Source: the human T2T-CHM13v2.0 reference genome, Homo sapiens
Assembly: GCF_009914755.1 (NCBI RefSeq)
Contig: NC_060928.1
Strand: one strand, 5' to 3'
Length of the DNA stretch: 64,000 nucleotides
Shown here: positions 12,770 through 28,010 of the stretch, piece after piece
Position numbering within the stretch: position 1 is the first letter of the stretch
Layout: every line of letters begins with the position of its first letter
Notes under the pieces: generated by a model
What the model was told of the DNA's origin: nothing
Seen by the model: the letters and a program-made list of their open reading frames with translations, nothing else
Database searches by the model: none
Position numbers and translations under genes: made by a program

Positions 12770-13855
12770 TGTGTTGGGAGTCCCACATACCCGCTCGGTG
12801 AGGGTATTTGGATGAGGATTCACAAGTCATATCCATGACTATTGGCTATTTGAATCAGAGCAACTCCATCCTAAATAGGAACTGGGTAAAAATAAGGCTG
12901 AAACCTACTGGGCTTCATTCCCAGACGGTTAGGGCATTTGAAGTCACTAGATAAGACAGGAGGTCAGCACAAGATACAGGTCATAAAGAACTTGCTCATG
13001 AAACAGGTTGCAGTAAAGAAGCCAGCTAAAACCTACCAAAACCAAGATGGCGATGAGAATGACCAAATGCCATGACGACATCAGGAAGTTGCCCTATGTT
13101 CTAAAAACAGGAAGCATGAATAATCCACCTCTTGTTTAGCATATAATCAAGAAATAACCATAAAAATGGGAAACCGGCAGCCCTCAGGGGCTGCTCTGTC
13201 TATAGAGTAGCGATTCTTTTATTTCTCTACTTTCCTAGTGAACTTGCTTTCACATTACTCTATGGACTTGCCCTGAATTCTTTCTTGGGCAACATCCAAG
13301 AACCCTCTCTTGGGGTCTGGATTGGGACCCCTTTCCCGTAGCACTAGGACTTACTACATGCCTATGATTTATTACATGGTTACAATTTATTATTACGTGG
13401 CAGGAGGACACAAAACAAAATCAGCAAAGGAAAAAGGCACATGGGGCGAAGTTCAGAGGAAACAGTTAAGCACAGACTTCCAATAACTCTTTCCGAGTGG
13501 AGTCACATAGGACTCACTTAATTCTACCAGCAACAAATTGTTACAACACCTTGAAATGTTGTTCCTGATAAAAGCTCATTAGAGACAAAGTGCCCAAAGT
13601 TGTTTTTGGGGCCTGGTCACATAGGTGCTCTCCGCCCAAGATTTGAGACTCCGAGAAGGAAATCAGGTGTTCAGTATCAATTATATTTTTTATACAAACA
13701 TATTTTTTATACACAGCAAATTACCCTTATCAGACAGCAAATAAAGTGAATCCTCCTGAAATCCAGGTTCCCAAATGCCAGACAATGGTCAACCTTGCAA
13801 GCAGTCCTATCTGTTTAGCTGTTTCAGGCCTGCTCTGTTAAGGCTCTTCTACACA
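12770..13855 (-). mobile_element. MER21-family LTR, split by MER41A
   Basis: Right end caaccttgcaagcag...caggcctgctctgttaaggctcttctacaca is the reverse complement of the MER21 start; internal aaaatcagcaaaggaaaaaggcacatgggg. Confidence 0.8.
12840..13343 (+). mobile_element. MER41A (ERV1) solo LTR with an internal deletion
   Basis: tttgaatcagagcaactccatc...accaaaaccaagatggcg...ccaagaaccctctcttggggtctggattgggaccc. Confidence 0.9.
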
Positions 13856-14589
13856 ACGCCTAAGGGCATTTGATTGAAAAAGACACCTGGCCTCTTGGGG
13901 TCTTTGCAATGCTTGCTAAAGGAAAGTTTGACAGGTGAGAGGTGCAGGAATAGAATGCAACTTTTTATCCCCTCCCCTTCTCTGGGCAAAAACAGGTGAA
14001 AGATTGGACAATAGATTAACTATGTCATCTGCTTGCCCACCTTTCTGATTTTGCTGCTTATCACAGTATTCATCAGAGATAGAACAGAGGTGATTTTAAA
14101 ACTCTAGTACATTGCAAGACACCTTCAGCTACATTCATGAAGAGTGCTGTTTATATTGTGTTTCTGTGCTTTGCATGTACTAGAGCTTACAATTTAAAAT
14201 CAACCACTGCAGAACTCTTTGGTAAAGTCAGAAATCCATTTATAAGGTTCATTTCTTAAGTCATTCATCCTGTAAGTTCAGAATTGAATGTTTTGAGATT
14301 CTTTAAGGCACACTTGTGGGGCACTGGAGCTTTTTACAGCTGAGTTTCCACATGAGTCACTCCAACATACTGAACTGCCTGGACATTACTGAATTTAGAA
14401 AAGCTTCTCTTGGATTTCTTGTTACTATATGGTATTTGTGCTTTCAACTTAGTTTCTCTTGCTCAAATATTTAGTTTTTGAACACTGGATATAATTGCAC
14501 AGCCAAAAATAAATTTTTACACCTCTCTAAACAAAGCAAGAAACTGTAAAATCCACAATTAGTATCATGAAATCTTATTGTAATTTTCT

Positions 14590-14897
14590 TTCTTTCTTTC
14601 TGTTCTTTTTTTGAGATGGAGTCTCGAGTCTCGCTCTATCGCCCAGGCTGGAGTGCAGGTGTGATCTCGGCTCACTGCAACTTCCGCCTCCTGGGTTCAA
14701 GTGATTCTTCCTACTTAGCCTCCGGAGTAGCTGAAACTACAGGTCCATGTCACCACACCTGGCTAATTTTTGTATTTTTAGTAGAGACAGGGTTTTACCA
14801 TATTGGCCAGGCTGGTCTTGAACTCTTGAACTCGTGATCTGCCCACCTTGGCCTCCCAAAGTCCTGGGATTACAGGCATGAGCCACCGTGCCCTGCC
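14590..14897 (-). mobile_element. AluS
   Basis: Reverse Alu; TSD cttattgta(a/g)ttttct at 14574-14589 and 14898-14913. Confidence 0.95.
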
Positions 14898-17800
14898 CTT
14901 ATTGTAGTTTTCTGAAGATATTCTTGCTGGTGTTATTTTAGGAATGTGGCTAAATGGCCTTTATCTGAGAAAGTGAGTTATTATTTTAGGGAGTGGCAAA
15001 AGAAAAAGAAGTGTGTGGGAATAAAATGTTTAAATTGCTGTTTTCTTAGCAGCTATAATAGTGCATGCAGCTGCCAGGACTACAATATTTAGAAAATTCA
15101 AGGATATTTATCTCTACCTTAAAATATTTTGAAGACTATACTCGCTTACATTTGCAGTTCTTTGAAATGTGATAATGGTTGATCAAAAGTAAAAAGATAT
15201 TTTCTTGATTCAACATTAATCCTTTCCTGGAGTAACTTTACCCCCCAAAAATTAAAATAAAAGGCAAAAAATATTTTTTTCTTGCTAGAATTTTAAATTC
15301 TGGAGTAAGATTTGAGACTGAATTCTAACTGTTTTCAGTATGTGGTACAGTTTAAATTAAAATATGTGTCGGGTTTAGTCATAATGTCCTTATACCATTT
15401 ATGTTGTATTCAACTGAATAGTAACACTGTCATCATAAATGCTACATTTATCTAGATTTTTTAAGTGTATTTTTAGAGCCAGACAACAATGCAACAGCAT
15501 CTATCCCACTATTTTTGTCTAAGCACTGTTATATTAAAAAGCTTATTGTTTCTAGGGCTTGTTAATCTTGAAGACATGATTTATTTCTATGGGACTAATT
15601 TATTCAATTCGAGCAGGGATGATAGAAAATACTAGAATAAAAGCAAATTACTTTATGGATATGTGCCTGTGTGTGTAATTGGACACAAAGAACAATTAGA
15701 GGCATAAATATGTTCAAATAAATGCATTTTTTCAGAGTATGAAAAATATATGGCATTTTTAATGTCACCTATAAAACTACGTATAATCTATAAATTATAT
15801 TATCCTTATTGGGACTATTCATTGATCATCTAAACAGACCAATACAAATTTTCTAAGATAGTTTCTTTTTTTTTTTTTGTATTTTATTCTTCCTATTCTA
15901 CCTTGATTTACCAAGATATGAAACTACAAATCAATAACATGGGGAACTTGGAAAATCCACAAATACATGAAAATTAAACCACATGCTCCTGAATGACCAA
16001 TAAATTAAAGAAAAACTCAAAAGGGAAGTTAAAAAATATTTTGAAACAAATGACAACACAACATATCAAAATCTATGGGATGCAGCAAAAACAGTTCTAG
16101 GATAAAGGTTTATAACAATAAATGCCTACATTAAAAAAGAAGGTAGATTCCAAACAAATAGCCTAACATTATGCCTCAAGAAACTAAAAAAAAGAAGAGC
16201 AAACTAAACCCAAAGTTAGTGGAAAAAAGAAAATAATAAAGACTAGAATGAAATAAAAGGGAGCAGAAAAACCATTTAAAAATAGTAAAACCAAGAATTA
16301 GTTGTATGGATAGGTAAACAAAATTCACAAACTCCTAACTACCTAAGGAAAAAGACTCAAATAAATAAAATCAGAAATAAAAGTAGAAATTTTGCAATGG
16401 AAACTTCAGAAGTAAAAATGATTATAACGGGCTATTATAAACAATTATGTGCAATATTTAATCAGGAAGAAATAGAAAGCTTGAATGGACCAATAAAAAT
16501 TAAGAGATTGAAATATGAATTCAAAACTTTGCAACAAAGAAAAGCCCAGGACGAGATGGCTTCATGAATGAATTCTACTAAACATTCAAAGAAGTATTAC
16601 CAATATTTAAATTCTCCCAACAAATAGAGATAGAAGAAATACCTGCAAACACATTTTACAAGGCAAGCATCACCTTGATCCCTAAGCCAATGACATCACA
16701 AAAAAGAAAACTATAGGCCAATATCTCTGATGAACATTGATGGAAAAATTCTCAATAAAATATTAGCAAACAAAATTCAACATCACATCAAAAAGATTAT
16801 ACATCATGACCAATAGGATTTATCCCTAGCATGCAAGGCTGGTTTAACATACACGAATGAAACAATGTGACACATCACATTAACAGGATGAAAGATAAAA
16901 AACACAGAATTTTCTCAATCAACACAGAAAAAGCATTTGACAAAGTTCAGCATCCTTTCCTGATAAAAACTCTTAACAGTTTATGTATAGAAAGAAAATT
17001 TCTCAACATAATATAATAAAGGTGATTTATGAAAAATCCACAGCTAACATAATAATCAGTGGGAAACAGTTGAAAGCTTTTTCACTAAGATCCAGTGCAA
17101 AGCACAAATGCCCACTTTTGCTACTTCTATTCCACATAATATTGGAAGTACTAGCAATAGCAATCAGACCAGAGAAAGAAATAAAAAGCATTTAAGTCAG
17201 AAAGAAGAAAAAGTAAAATTATCTCTATTTGCAGATGATATAATCCCTTATGTAGAAAACCCTAAAGATTCCACAAAAAACTGACAGAATGAATTAATTC
17301 AGTAAACTTGCAGAATACAAAATCAACATACAAAAATCAGTAGCATTTTTATACACTAATAACAACATATCTGAAAAAGACGCTTTAAAATCCCATTTAT
17401 GAAAGCATAAAAATAGTTAGAAATAAATTTAACCATAAAGGTGAAATATTTGTATACCGATAACTATAAACCTTTGATAAAAAAGTTGAAGAAGACACAT
17501 ATAAATGGAATAATATTCTGTGTTCATGAATCAAAAAATTTAACAATGTTAAAATGTCTGTATTAACCAAAGCAATATACAAATTCAATGCAATTTCTAT
17601 CAAAATTTCAAGGATATGCTTCACAGAAATAGAAAAAAAATTCTTGAAATTCATATGGAACCACAGACACATAAAAACAGAATAGGCAAAGGAACAATGA
17701 GAAAGCAAAACAAAGCTTGAGGCATCACACTTTCTAAGTTAAAATTATATTGCAAAGCTACAGTAATCAAAAACAGTATACAAATGGCATGAAAACGAAA

Positions 17801-18798
17801 ATGTGGACCAACGAAACAGAATATAGAGAGCCAGAAACTTAACTAATTTTCAACAAGGGTACCAACAGGACACCCTGAAGTAAAGATAGTTTCTTCAATA
17901 AATGATTCTGGGAAAATTGGATTGCAACATGCAGAAGAATGAAATTGGACCCTAATCTTGCACCATATACAAAAATGGACTCAAAATAGATAGGAGACCT
18001 AAATGTAAGATGTGAAACCATAAAACTCCTAGAGAAGAACATAGGGGGAAAAATTCCTTGATATTGGCCTTGGAGATGATTTTTGGATATCACACCAAAA
18101 GCTTAGGCTACAGAATCGAAAATAAATAAATGGGACTACATCAAACTACAAAGTGTCTGCACAGTAAAGGAATCAATCAACCAAATAAAAAGGCAACATA
18201 CAGACTGGGAAATATATTTTCACACAGCATATCTCCTAAGAGGCTAATATTCAACATTTGTAAAGAACACTTACAAATGAGTAACAGAAACAACAAACAG
18301 CTTGATTAAAAACAGGCAAGGGACCTGAACATACTTTTCTCCAAAGGAGAAATAATGGCTAACAGGATATGAAAAGGTATACAACATTGCTAATCATTAG
18401 GGAAACACAAATGAAAACCACTATGAGATATCACCCTTCACCCATTAGGATGGCTATTATATAAAAAAAAAAAGACAAGAGGTTACTGCTGGTGAGAGTG
18501 TGGGGAAAAGGGAAATACAGTACACTGTTGGCAGGAATTTAGATTTGTGTAGTCATTATGGAAAACAGTGTGGAGGTTCCTAAAGAAATTAAAAAATAGA
18601 CCGGCAATGACCCAACAATACCTTTTTTGGGGATTGACCCAGCAATTCCTCTTTTGAGTAGGTAACCAAAGATGATAAAAATCATCACCTTGTAAAGATA
18701 TCTGCACTCCCATGCTCATTGCATCTATTCACAATAGTCAACATATGGAAACAACCTAAGAGTCAGGTTGACAGATGAATGTATAAAGACAATGTGGT

Positions 18799-18848
18799 AC
18801 ACACACACACACACACACACACAGACACACACACACACAAACATACAC
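18799..18848. repeat. Interrupted (CA)n microsatellite
   Basis: Direct reading. Confidence 0.9.
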
Positions 18849-18963
18849 TGAATATTCTTCAGCCATAAAAAAAGGTGATCCTGCCATTTGCCATGACATG
18901 GAGGCATGGGTATACCTGAAAAATATTATGCTAAATGAAATAAGCCAGATAGTAAGAAAAATA

Positions 18964-19319
18964 GAGTCATGTATCATTTAACAACAAGGATATGTTCCGA
19001 AAAACGCAACATCATTTGCTGATTTTGTCATCATGTGAACAACACAGAGTGGACTTACACAAGCCGAAATGGTATATACTACTACACAACTAGTCTATGT
19101 GGTATAGCCTATTGCTCCCAGGACACAAACCTGAACAGTGTATTACTGTACTGTACTGAATACTGCACACAATTGTAACACAATGGGAAGTATTTGTGCA
19201 TGTAAACTTATCTAAAAATAGAAAATGTATGGTAAAAATGTGGTATTATAATCTTATGGGACTACCATCATATATGTAGTTTATCATTGATTGAAACATC
19301 ATTATGGGGCTCATGACTG
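18964..19319 (-). mobile_element. Tigger3a-like non-autonomous TcMar element
   Basis: TIRs (c/g)agtcatg...catgactg with TA TSD at 18962-18963 and 19320-19321; L1 reads through when it is removed. Confidence 0.85.
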
Positions 19320-19500
19320 TACTACATGATTTCACTTAATGTAGAATCTTAAAAAAGAAGGTCAAATATGCAGAGATAGACAATAAGTTGTTCCCAGGGA
19401 TGGTGGGTGGGGGAAAAAATGAGATGAAGGTCAAAGTATATGAAGTAGCAGATATATAGGATGAACAGGTCTAGAGGTCTAATGTACAACAGAAGATGAT

Positions 19501-20069
19501 AATAGTCTATAAGAGTCTAATATTGTAGACTATAATAGTCTATAACAGTCTAATATTGTAGACTATAATAGTCTATAACAGTCTAATATTGTAGACTATA
19601 ATAGTCTATAACAGTCTAATATTGTAGACTATAATAGTCTATAAGAGTCTAATATTGTAGACTATAATAGTCTATAAGAGTCTAATATTGTAGACTATAA
19701 TAGTCTATAACAGTCTAATATTGTAGACTATAATAGTCTATAACAGTCTAATATTGTAGACTATAATAGTCTATAACAGTCTAATATTGTAGACTATAAT
19801 AGTCTATAACAGTCTAATATTGTAGACTATAATAGTCTATAACAGTCTAATATTGTAGACTATAATAGTCTATAACAGTCTAATATTGTAGACTATAATA
19901 GTCTATAACAGTCTAATATTGTAGACTATAATAGTCTATAACAGTCTAATATTGTAGACTATAATAGTCTATAACAGTCTAATATTGTAGACTATAATAG
20001 TCTATAACAGTCTAATATTGTAGACTATAATAGTCTATAATAGTCTAATATTGTAGACTATAATAGTCT
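19501..20069. repeat. 33-bp minisatellite (VNTR), 17 copies plus 8 bp
   Basis: Unit aatagtctataa(c/g/t)agtctaatattgtagactat; only one position varies. Confidence 0.98.
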
Positions 20070-20498
20070 TCTGTATTAGGTTAAGGCTTTTTGTTAAATA
20101 AGTAGATTTTAACTGCCTTTTCCCCAACCCCCACCCAAAGATAACTATGCGAGATGATAGATACGTTAATTTGATTCACCATAGTAACCATTTTACTATC
20201 TGTAGTTTTTCCATAACTTGTAAACCTCAGATATACACAAGGAAATTTATTTTTAAAAAGTGTACTTGTCAAAATATGCTTAAATACAGATTCAACTTTC
20301 AGCTTTTAAAGATTTTAACATAAATAATTTTTAACTATTTTGCTATAATATACATTAATATAAAGAAACAAATGAGAAAAAAATTGTCAGGCCATTATAT
20401 AGTTCACTCATATGACAAAATGAAGGGTTTCCTTTCAAAATTATGTGTTTGCATCACTGGAATTTAGAGAAATCCTCATAGCTTAAGTATTGGAACTA

Positions 20499-20865
<367 letters not shown>

Positions 20866-21366
20866 TTATGAAATGTCTAGTAAACATATAAGTTGTTAAA
20901 TAAAATTTCCTATTTTAGTCATGGATGCATACAAGTAAATAGATATTTATAACATAATCTGATAAGTAAATGTTCTAAGTTAATGAGAATACTGTGGAAA
21001 TCCATAGAGTAGCACCTAAATCTACCAATAGAAGGTGTTAAATTTATGAAGGCTTTCCAAAGGGGTAATACAGAAGTTGGACTATCATTACATGGTTTCA
21101 CATATATCACACTTTAATTTGTGATTATCCACAATTTCTTATATTTTAAAACAATTTCAAAGTAAAATCTGGCATACTCAGCATTAGTAAATGTTCAAAA
21201 TATTAGTCCAAACAATTGTTACTTTAAGCTAAAATTATATGGATTTGACTCTTCATTTCCTTCTTTTGCCATAACTTTAGATACCATGTCTAGCTGAAAA
21301 AGAAAAAATAAAAAAGAAAGAAATTTAGCCAGTACTGAATTGAAATTACTTCATAATGTTCACAAG

Positions 21367-21473
21367 TAGGGTGGCTACCCGTTCTGGTTTATTCAGGGTC
21401 TCTTGGCATTTTATCAAACTTCCATGTACTGGAAAAACCCTAAGTTCCAGCAAAATGGATGGTTGGCCATTCT
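21367..21473. mobile_element. MER81-like hAT-Blackjack MITE
   Basis: Degenerate TIRs tagggtggctacccg...ggatggttggccattcta, about 107 bp. Confidence 0.6.
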
Positions 21474-22335
21474 ACCCATTGGCTCTTCTCAATCAATGTG
21501 ATATATTTCCACACTTCTATTTGCATGTGTGCACTGAAGTGAAAAAAGGTTTTGGTAAAGTTATGTCACCTCAAGGATCAGAAGCAGGTACTTTATTCAA
21601 GTAAGTATGAAAGCATGCACAAAAAAGATATTTCCTATATAAATAGCAAAAATTATAGAAGGCAAATCTAGGAGTGATGCTATAATTGATGTGAACTTTT
21701 AAAGTGAAACTGAAGTTCATAAAATAATTTTACTTGGATTTCTTGTCCTCCAACTTCCTCCTGTCCATGTTTTTCTGCCTCATAAACACACGTACCCACA
21801 TATTCAGTCAGCTCCTCCTATATTTTATCAAAACAAAACAATATGTTCTTTAACCCAATGTCATGTAGCATGGTGGCCACCTCACCTATGAATTTCTCTC
21901 TTAAAGTTTAATAAGACATTCTATATCTATTATCAATTTACTACATCAGTCCACATCATGTGCCACTGGAGACTATTCTTCCTTGAATTTCTCCCCTCTC
22001 TTGATTTATTGACACAATACCCTCCCAGTTTTCCTCTTTCAAATCCTTGGCAACTTTTTGCCTATCTGTTTTTGGGCTTCCCTTATTTCACTCACCCTTA
22101 AATTTAAATATTTATATTCCTGAGAGTTTTGTCATTGATTTGCTTCTCTCTTTAATCCACACACTATGCAAGCATTGCAGATACAACAGTGGATTTTTCT
22201 AAAAAGATAAAAATTTCTATCATCATGGAGCTTAAGTTCTAGTGAGGAGAAATAAACAAAAAATAAGTAAAAAATATAAACAGTTTATCATATGGCTCTA
22301 AGTGCTATGTAGAAAAATAAAGCAAGGAAGGAGGC

Positions 22336-22783
22336 TGTATTATACTCATAGAGCTGCCTTGACAAATGACCATTCTCTTGGCTATTTAAAACAACTGCAA
22401 TTTATTCTCTCACAGCCCTGGAGGCTGGAAGTCTGAAATCAAGGTGTCAGCAGGGACGTACTTCCTTTAAAAGCTCTAAGGGAAAATTATTCTTTGCCTC
22501 TTCATCTTCTAGTGACTCCAGGCATTTCCTGACTTTAAGCAACATCACTCCAGTCTCTGCCTCCATCTTCACATGGCCTTCATTCCTGTGTATGTCCACC
22601 TTTCCATGTCTCCATGTCTCCAAATGTCCCTTATGGACACAGTCATTGGATTTAAAACCCAACCAAATCCAATATGACTTCATCTTAACTTGATTGCACC
22701 TAAAGAGACTCTATTTCCAAAAAAGGTCATACTCATAGGGTCTGGATGAACATACATTTTTGAGATACACTATTCCACTAACT
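22336..22783 (-). mobile_element. MLT1C-like MaLR LTR within L2 fragments
   Basis: tttattctctcacagccctggaggctggaagtctgaaatcaaggtgtcagcaggg...tctctgcctccatcttcacatggcc. Confidence 0.85.
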
Positions 22784-24753
22784 AGAGAGACTGAAAAATG
22801 CTTGTTGCAGTGATTGATGGGGAAGATGAGGAAGTCAGTGGGGTATCTCTAACCAAATAGCTCATAGGCATTTCAAACTCAACATGTCCAAAATTGATGT
22901 CATCATGACAGTCTCTTAAAACCAGCTTCCAAGCGCTTGCCAAATGCTGTTCCTTGGCTAGAAACATGGGGATAATCTTAGATACTCAAACTGTCTCCAT
23001 TTCCCAACAAACTCGAAACCCTGTCAATCCTACCTCTTAGAAATGTATCAAGATATCTCCATACCTAATTCTACTACCTCTCTCTAGGCCATTCTTATTT
23101 CTGTCCAAGTTTTCCACCCCAATTCTCTACACTGCCTTAAAGGAAACTTCTAACAAGAATAATAGTATCATGTCACCTCTTTGTAAAATATCCTATAATA
23201 ACTCTCCAATATTTGATATAAAATATGGTTTCCCTTACAAGTAAACAGAAATTCCACCCAGTTTTTCTTAGCAGATGCAACTAAAGAAGCTCTAATGACT
23301 CAAAAGTCTTTTTCTGTGGCTTCCATAAACATTTTTCATCCTGTACCAACCAATAATCTCAGTTCTTCTCCTACTACATCTATCCAAACTTCCTCAAACC
23401 AGCTATACTCAACCAGCTTCTACTTTCTAGCCAGTTTCAGCTGCCATCATCATCACTCCCTCCTCTTCATGAGCATCAACAATGTATCTGATAGTGTTTA
23501 GGCACTTTGTGAATGTAATTTTTAATTCACTTAACAATCCTAATGATAGAGGTCTTGTGATTCCCAGGTTATACATGAAAAAACTGGAACACAAGAGCTT
23601 AAGTTTCTTTCCTGCAGGATTCTTAATCATATGAAAGATACAGTTTTTTTTTTAACTTACAAATTGGAGTTAACAGTATCTACTCTATTGAACTGTTATT
23701 CAAAGGATTAATTTAACAAGGATCACTACACTTTATAATCTTTTCATAGAAGACAAAGTGGTGGTGAAAGCAAAGGGGCTGTCTGTCATAAAGTTGGTCC
23801 TGAGCCTATAACAGGATTAAAGAACTGCAGTTTCCATCCTGGCAGACCTTCAGCCCTTAGACTCAGTGGGGACTACCTAACACAACCATAGTATAGAAAA
23901 CGGGTTCATTTATTCATTTAGCAAACATTTATTCCGGATCTTTCATGTACCAGGTACTAAGATTAAAAGATATGTTTTTTTTTTTTTCTAAAATAAGGCC
24001 CCGTCCTAAAGATTTCATCATGCATACAGGTACATTGCTATATTACTCTATTTATAAAGCAATAATAACTTTACTCCTTCTACAAGTACTGAATATTTAC
24101 TCTGAGTCCAGTACCCTAGTAGGTATTAAAAAAATTCCAAAATTCTAATCTACCAGGGAGAGGTTTACAATGTCCATACTCAGACTGTACAATACTCTCC
24201 ATATCCTATGAGTCTTCACTCATCCCTTCATTCTCCTGTATTATTTGCATATGTCTGTATCCTGAGCTCATCCACAAGCAACAGGATGGAAAAAGCGTGC
24301 TTCTTGTTTATTTTTCAATCCCTCACCATGTCCCACAGAGCACAAAGTAAAATAGAATAAAATTTAGCCAAAGGCTGGTACCTGAAAAATGGCTAGCAAT
24401 AAAACCACAGTTATTAAAGACAGAGTGCAGGTTGCAATATGAATAATAGTTACTCTGCGCATCTGCCCTGTGGCTACTCTGGGCCCTCAGAACTGTCTAG
24501 GGCATGATCTCAAGCAGGTAGATCAGTGTGCTGATCTGTTGGCTGAAGGAAAAAAGTGTAACGTTCTTGGTGTCCGTTCTACTCTCCAGTACAGGTTTGG
24601 CATTATGAAAGGAAAGAAGAGGGGTAGAAGCCTCCTTAGGAAAAAGAGCTGGCTTTTGGTGCTGAAACACCTGCCTAGAGTGTTTGACCACTGCTGTGAC
24701 TTGTAGCAAAGGTCTTTATTTAGTGCTGCATAATCTCATAAACACATACTTAG

Positions 24754-25114
<361 letters not shown>

Positions 25115-26499
25115 CCCAAGGAGTCTTTTGAAAGCTTTTGATATTTGATACTGGAAGAAAAAATGTGATCATAGGAAAATCAGAAGGTCATATGAAATTT
25201 TTGTCTTTATCATTAAAACTGTTTCTCATCACATAAGAAGAAAGCACCAAAACCTCTTCAAGTTTTAAGACTTGAAAAAGTTTTCACATGGCCCAACTTT
25301 AAGTAAAAATTAGAGTCTGCTTTGGATGAAGCTACCTCTTCCACACTCGGTCAGACTCTTCCTTATTTACAGCCCAGCTATAAGTCTGTCCAGGGCATTT
25401 CAGAAATAAGTAATTAGGCCATAATTATTTATGCAAATTTATAAAACCTAGTCATAGGTTTAACTTTCTTTCTTCAATCCTCATGTTTAACTATAATGGT
25501 TATTTTACAGAGAAATAATTCTATTTTTTCCCTTGAAAGTACTATACAATGACTTTAGAGATTCTAGAATAGGTGACTCTATCTTGTTTAGTCATTATCA
25601 ATTTTAAATTACAACCAAAGAAACAGCCAAGCAAACATGAACAGGGTTTCTCATAAATATACATCTTTAAGTTTCAAAGAGACAGAGCTAATGAAACTGT
25701 CACTTTGAATGCTAAATGGAGCTCTTGATGTGCTTACGTTGAATCTTCTCTAAATTTTCTCATACACGAAATTTTGCTAGTTTTTTTTTTTTTTTTCAGC
25801 ATCAGTTCACCACTCAATTAAAGGTTGGTGCAGAATCAGGAGAAGGCAAGGCAAAGAGGAGCCCAGAAAAGCTCTTGTAAACACAAGAGCTTTTGGTATT
25901 GGCTGACTCAGAGACCAGCTATATTTCATGAAGACAAAACCAGTCCAGCCAGGGTCCTATGACTGTGCTTGTCACCTCTTAATAACCTGGGTCACCACTG
26001 ATCCATTTTACCAGTCTCCATCACTGCTCTGTGTTGATGACTAGCATCCTTGATCAGCTGAAGCATCAAAATGATCGGGCTTTAAGTCAGAATATTTAAG
26101 AGCAGGTATTTCCAGTCATGTCTCTTACGTGTACTGTTGTTGGTCATTGAGCATAAAACTGGTCCTTCCCACTCTTTGATTACATAACTGCCTCTAAACT
26201 GCCTAGACTGAGCCCCTCACAGCTTCACAAACTTCTCCAATGCCTCCCTATCAAACCCTTTCCATTGACATTTCTGAGGCCTACATTTTATCATAAAAAT
26301 GAAAACAAAGCAACAACACCTCTTACATATTCTCCAATTGTATAGAACAATCTTTCTATTGCTTATTTTTACTGACACATGGCTTATTCCAGTCCCAAAT
26401 AAAAGACACACATGCCTCTGAAGACTCCTGTCCTGAGAGCTATACTTCAACCTCTTTATCCTGAACTTCACATAGAAATTTTTGAAATATTATTTTATG

Positions 26500-28010
<1,511 letters not shown>

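Larger units (their letters stand above)
15920..20258 (+). mobile_element. L1MA-type LINE-1, 5'-truncated, with degenerate ORF2 and 3' UTR; hosts Tigger3a, (CA)n and the 33-bp VNTR
   Basis: RT-region remnants (ataggccaatatctctgatgaacattgatg; ctatttgcagatgatata = LFADD); L1MA 3' end taactatgcgagatgatagatacgttaatt. Confidence 0.92.

Noticed and set aside
12840-13343. Interferon-gamma/STAT1 MER41 enhancer
   Set aside because: The copy is MER41A-like and I see no TTCnnnGAA GAS motif; the tandem GAS sites characterise MER41B
19501-20069. CRISPR-like array (palindromic repeats of about 33 bp)
   Set aside because: Units are head-to-tail with no unique spacers, no cas genes are present, and the context is a primate L1; it is a minisatellite
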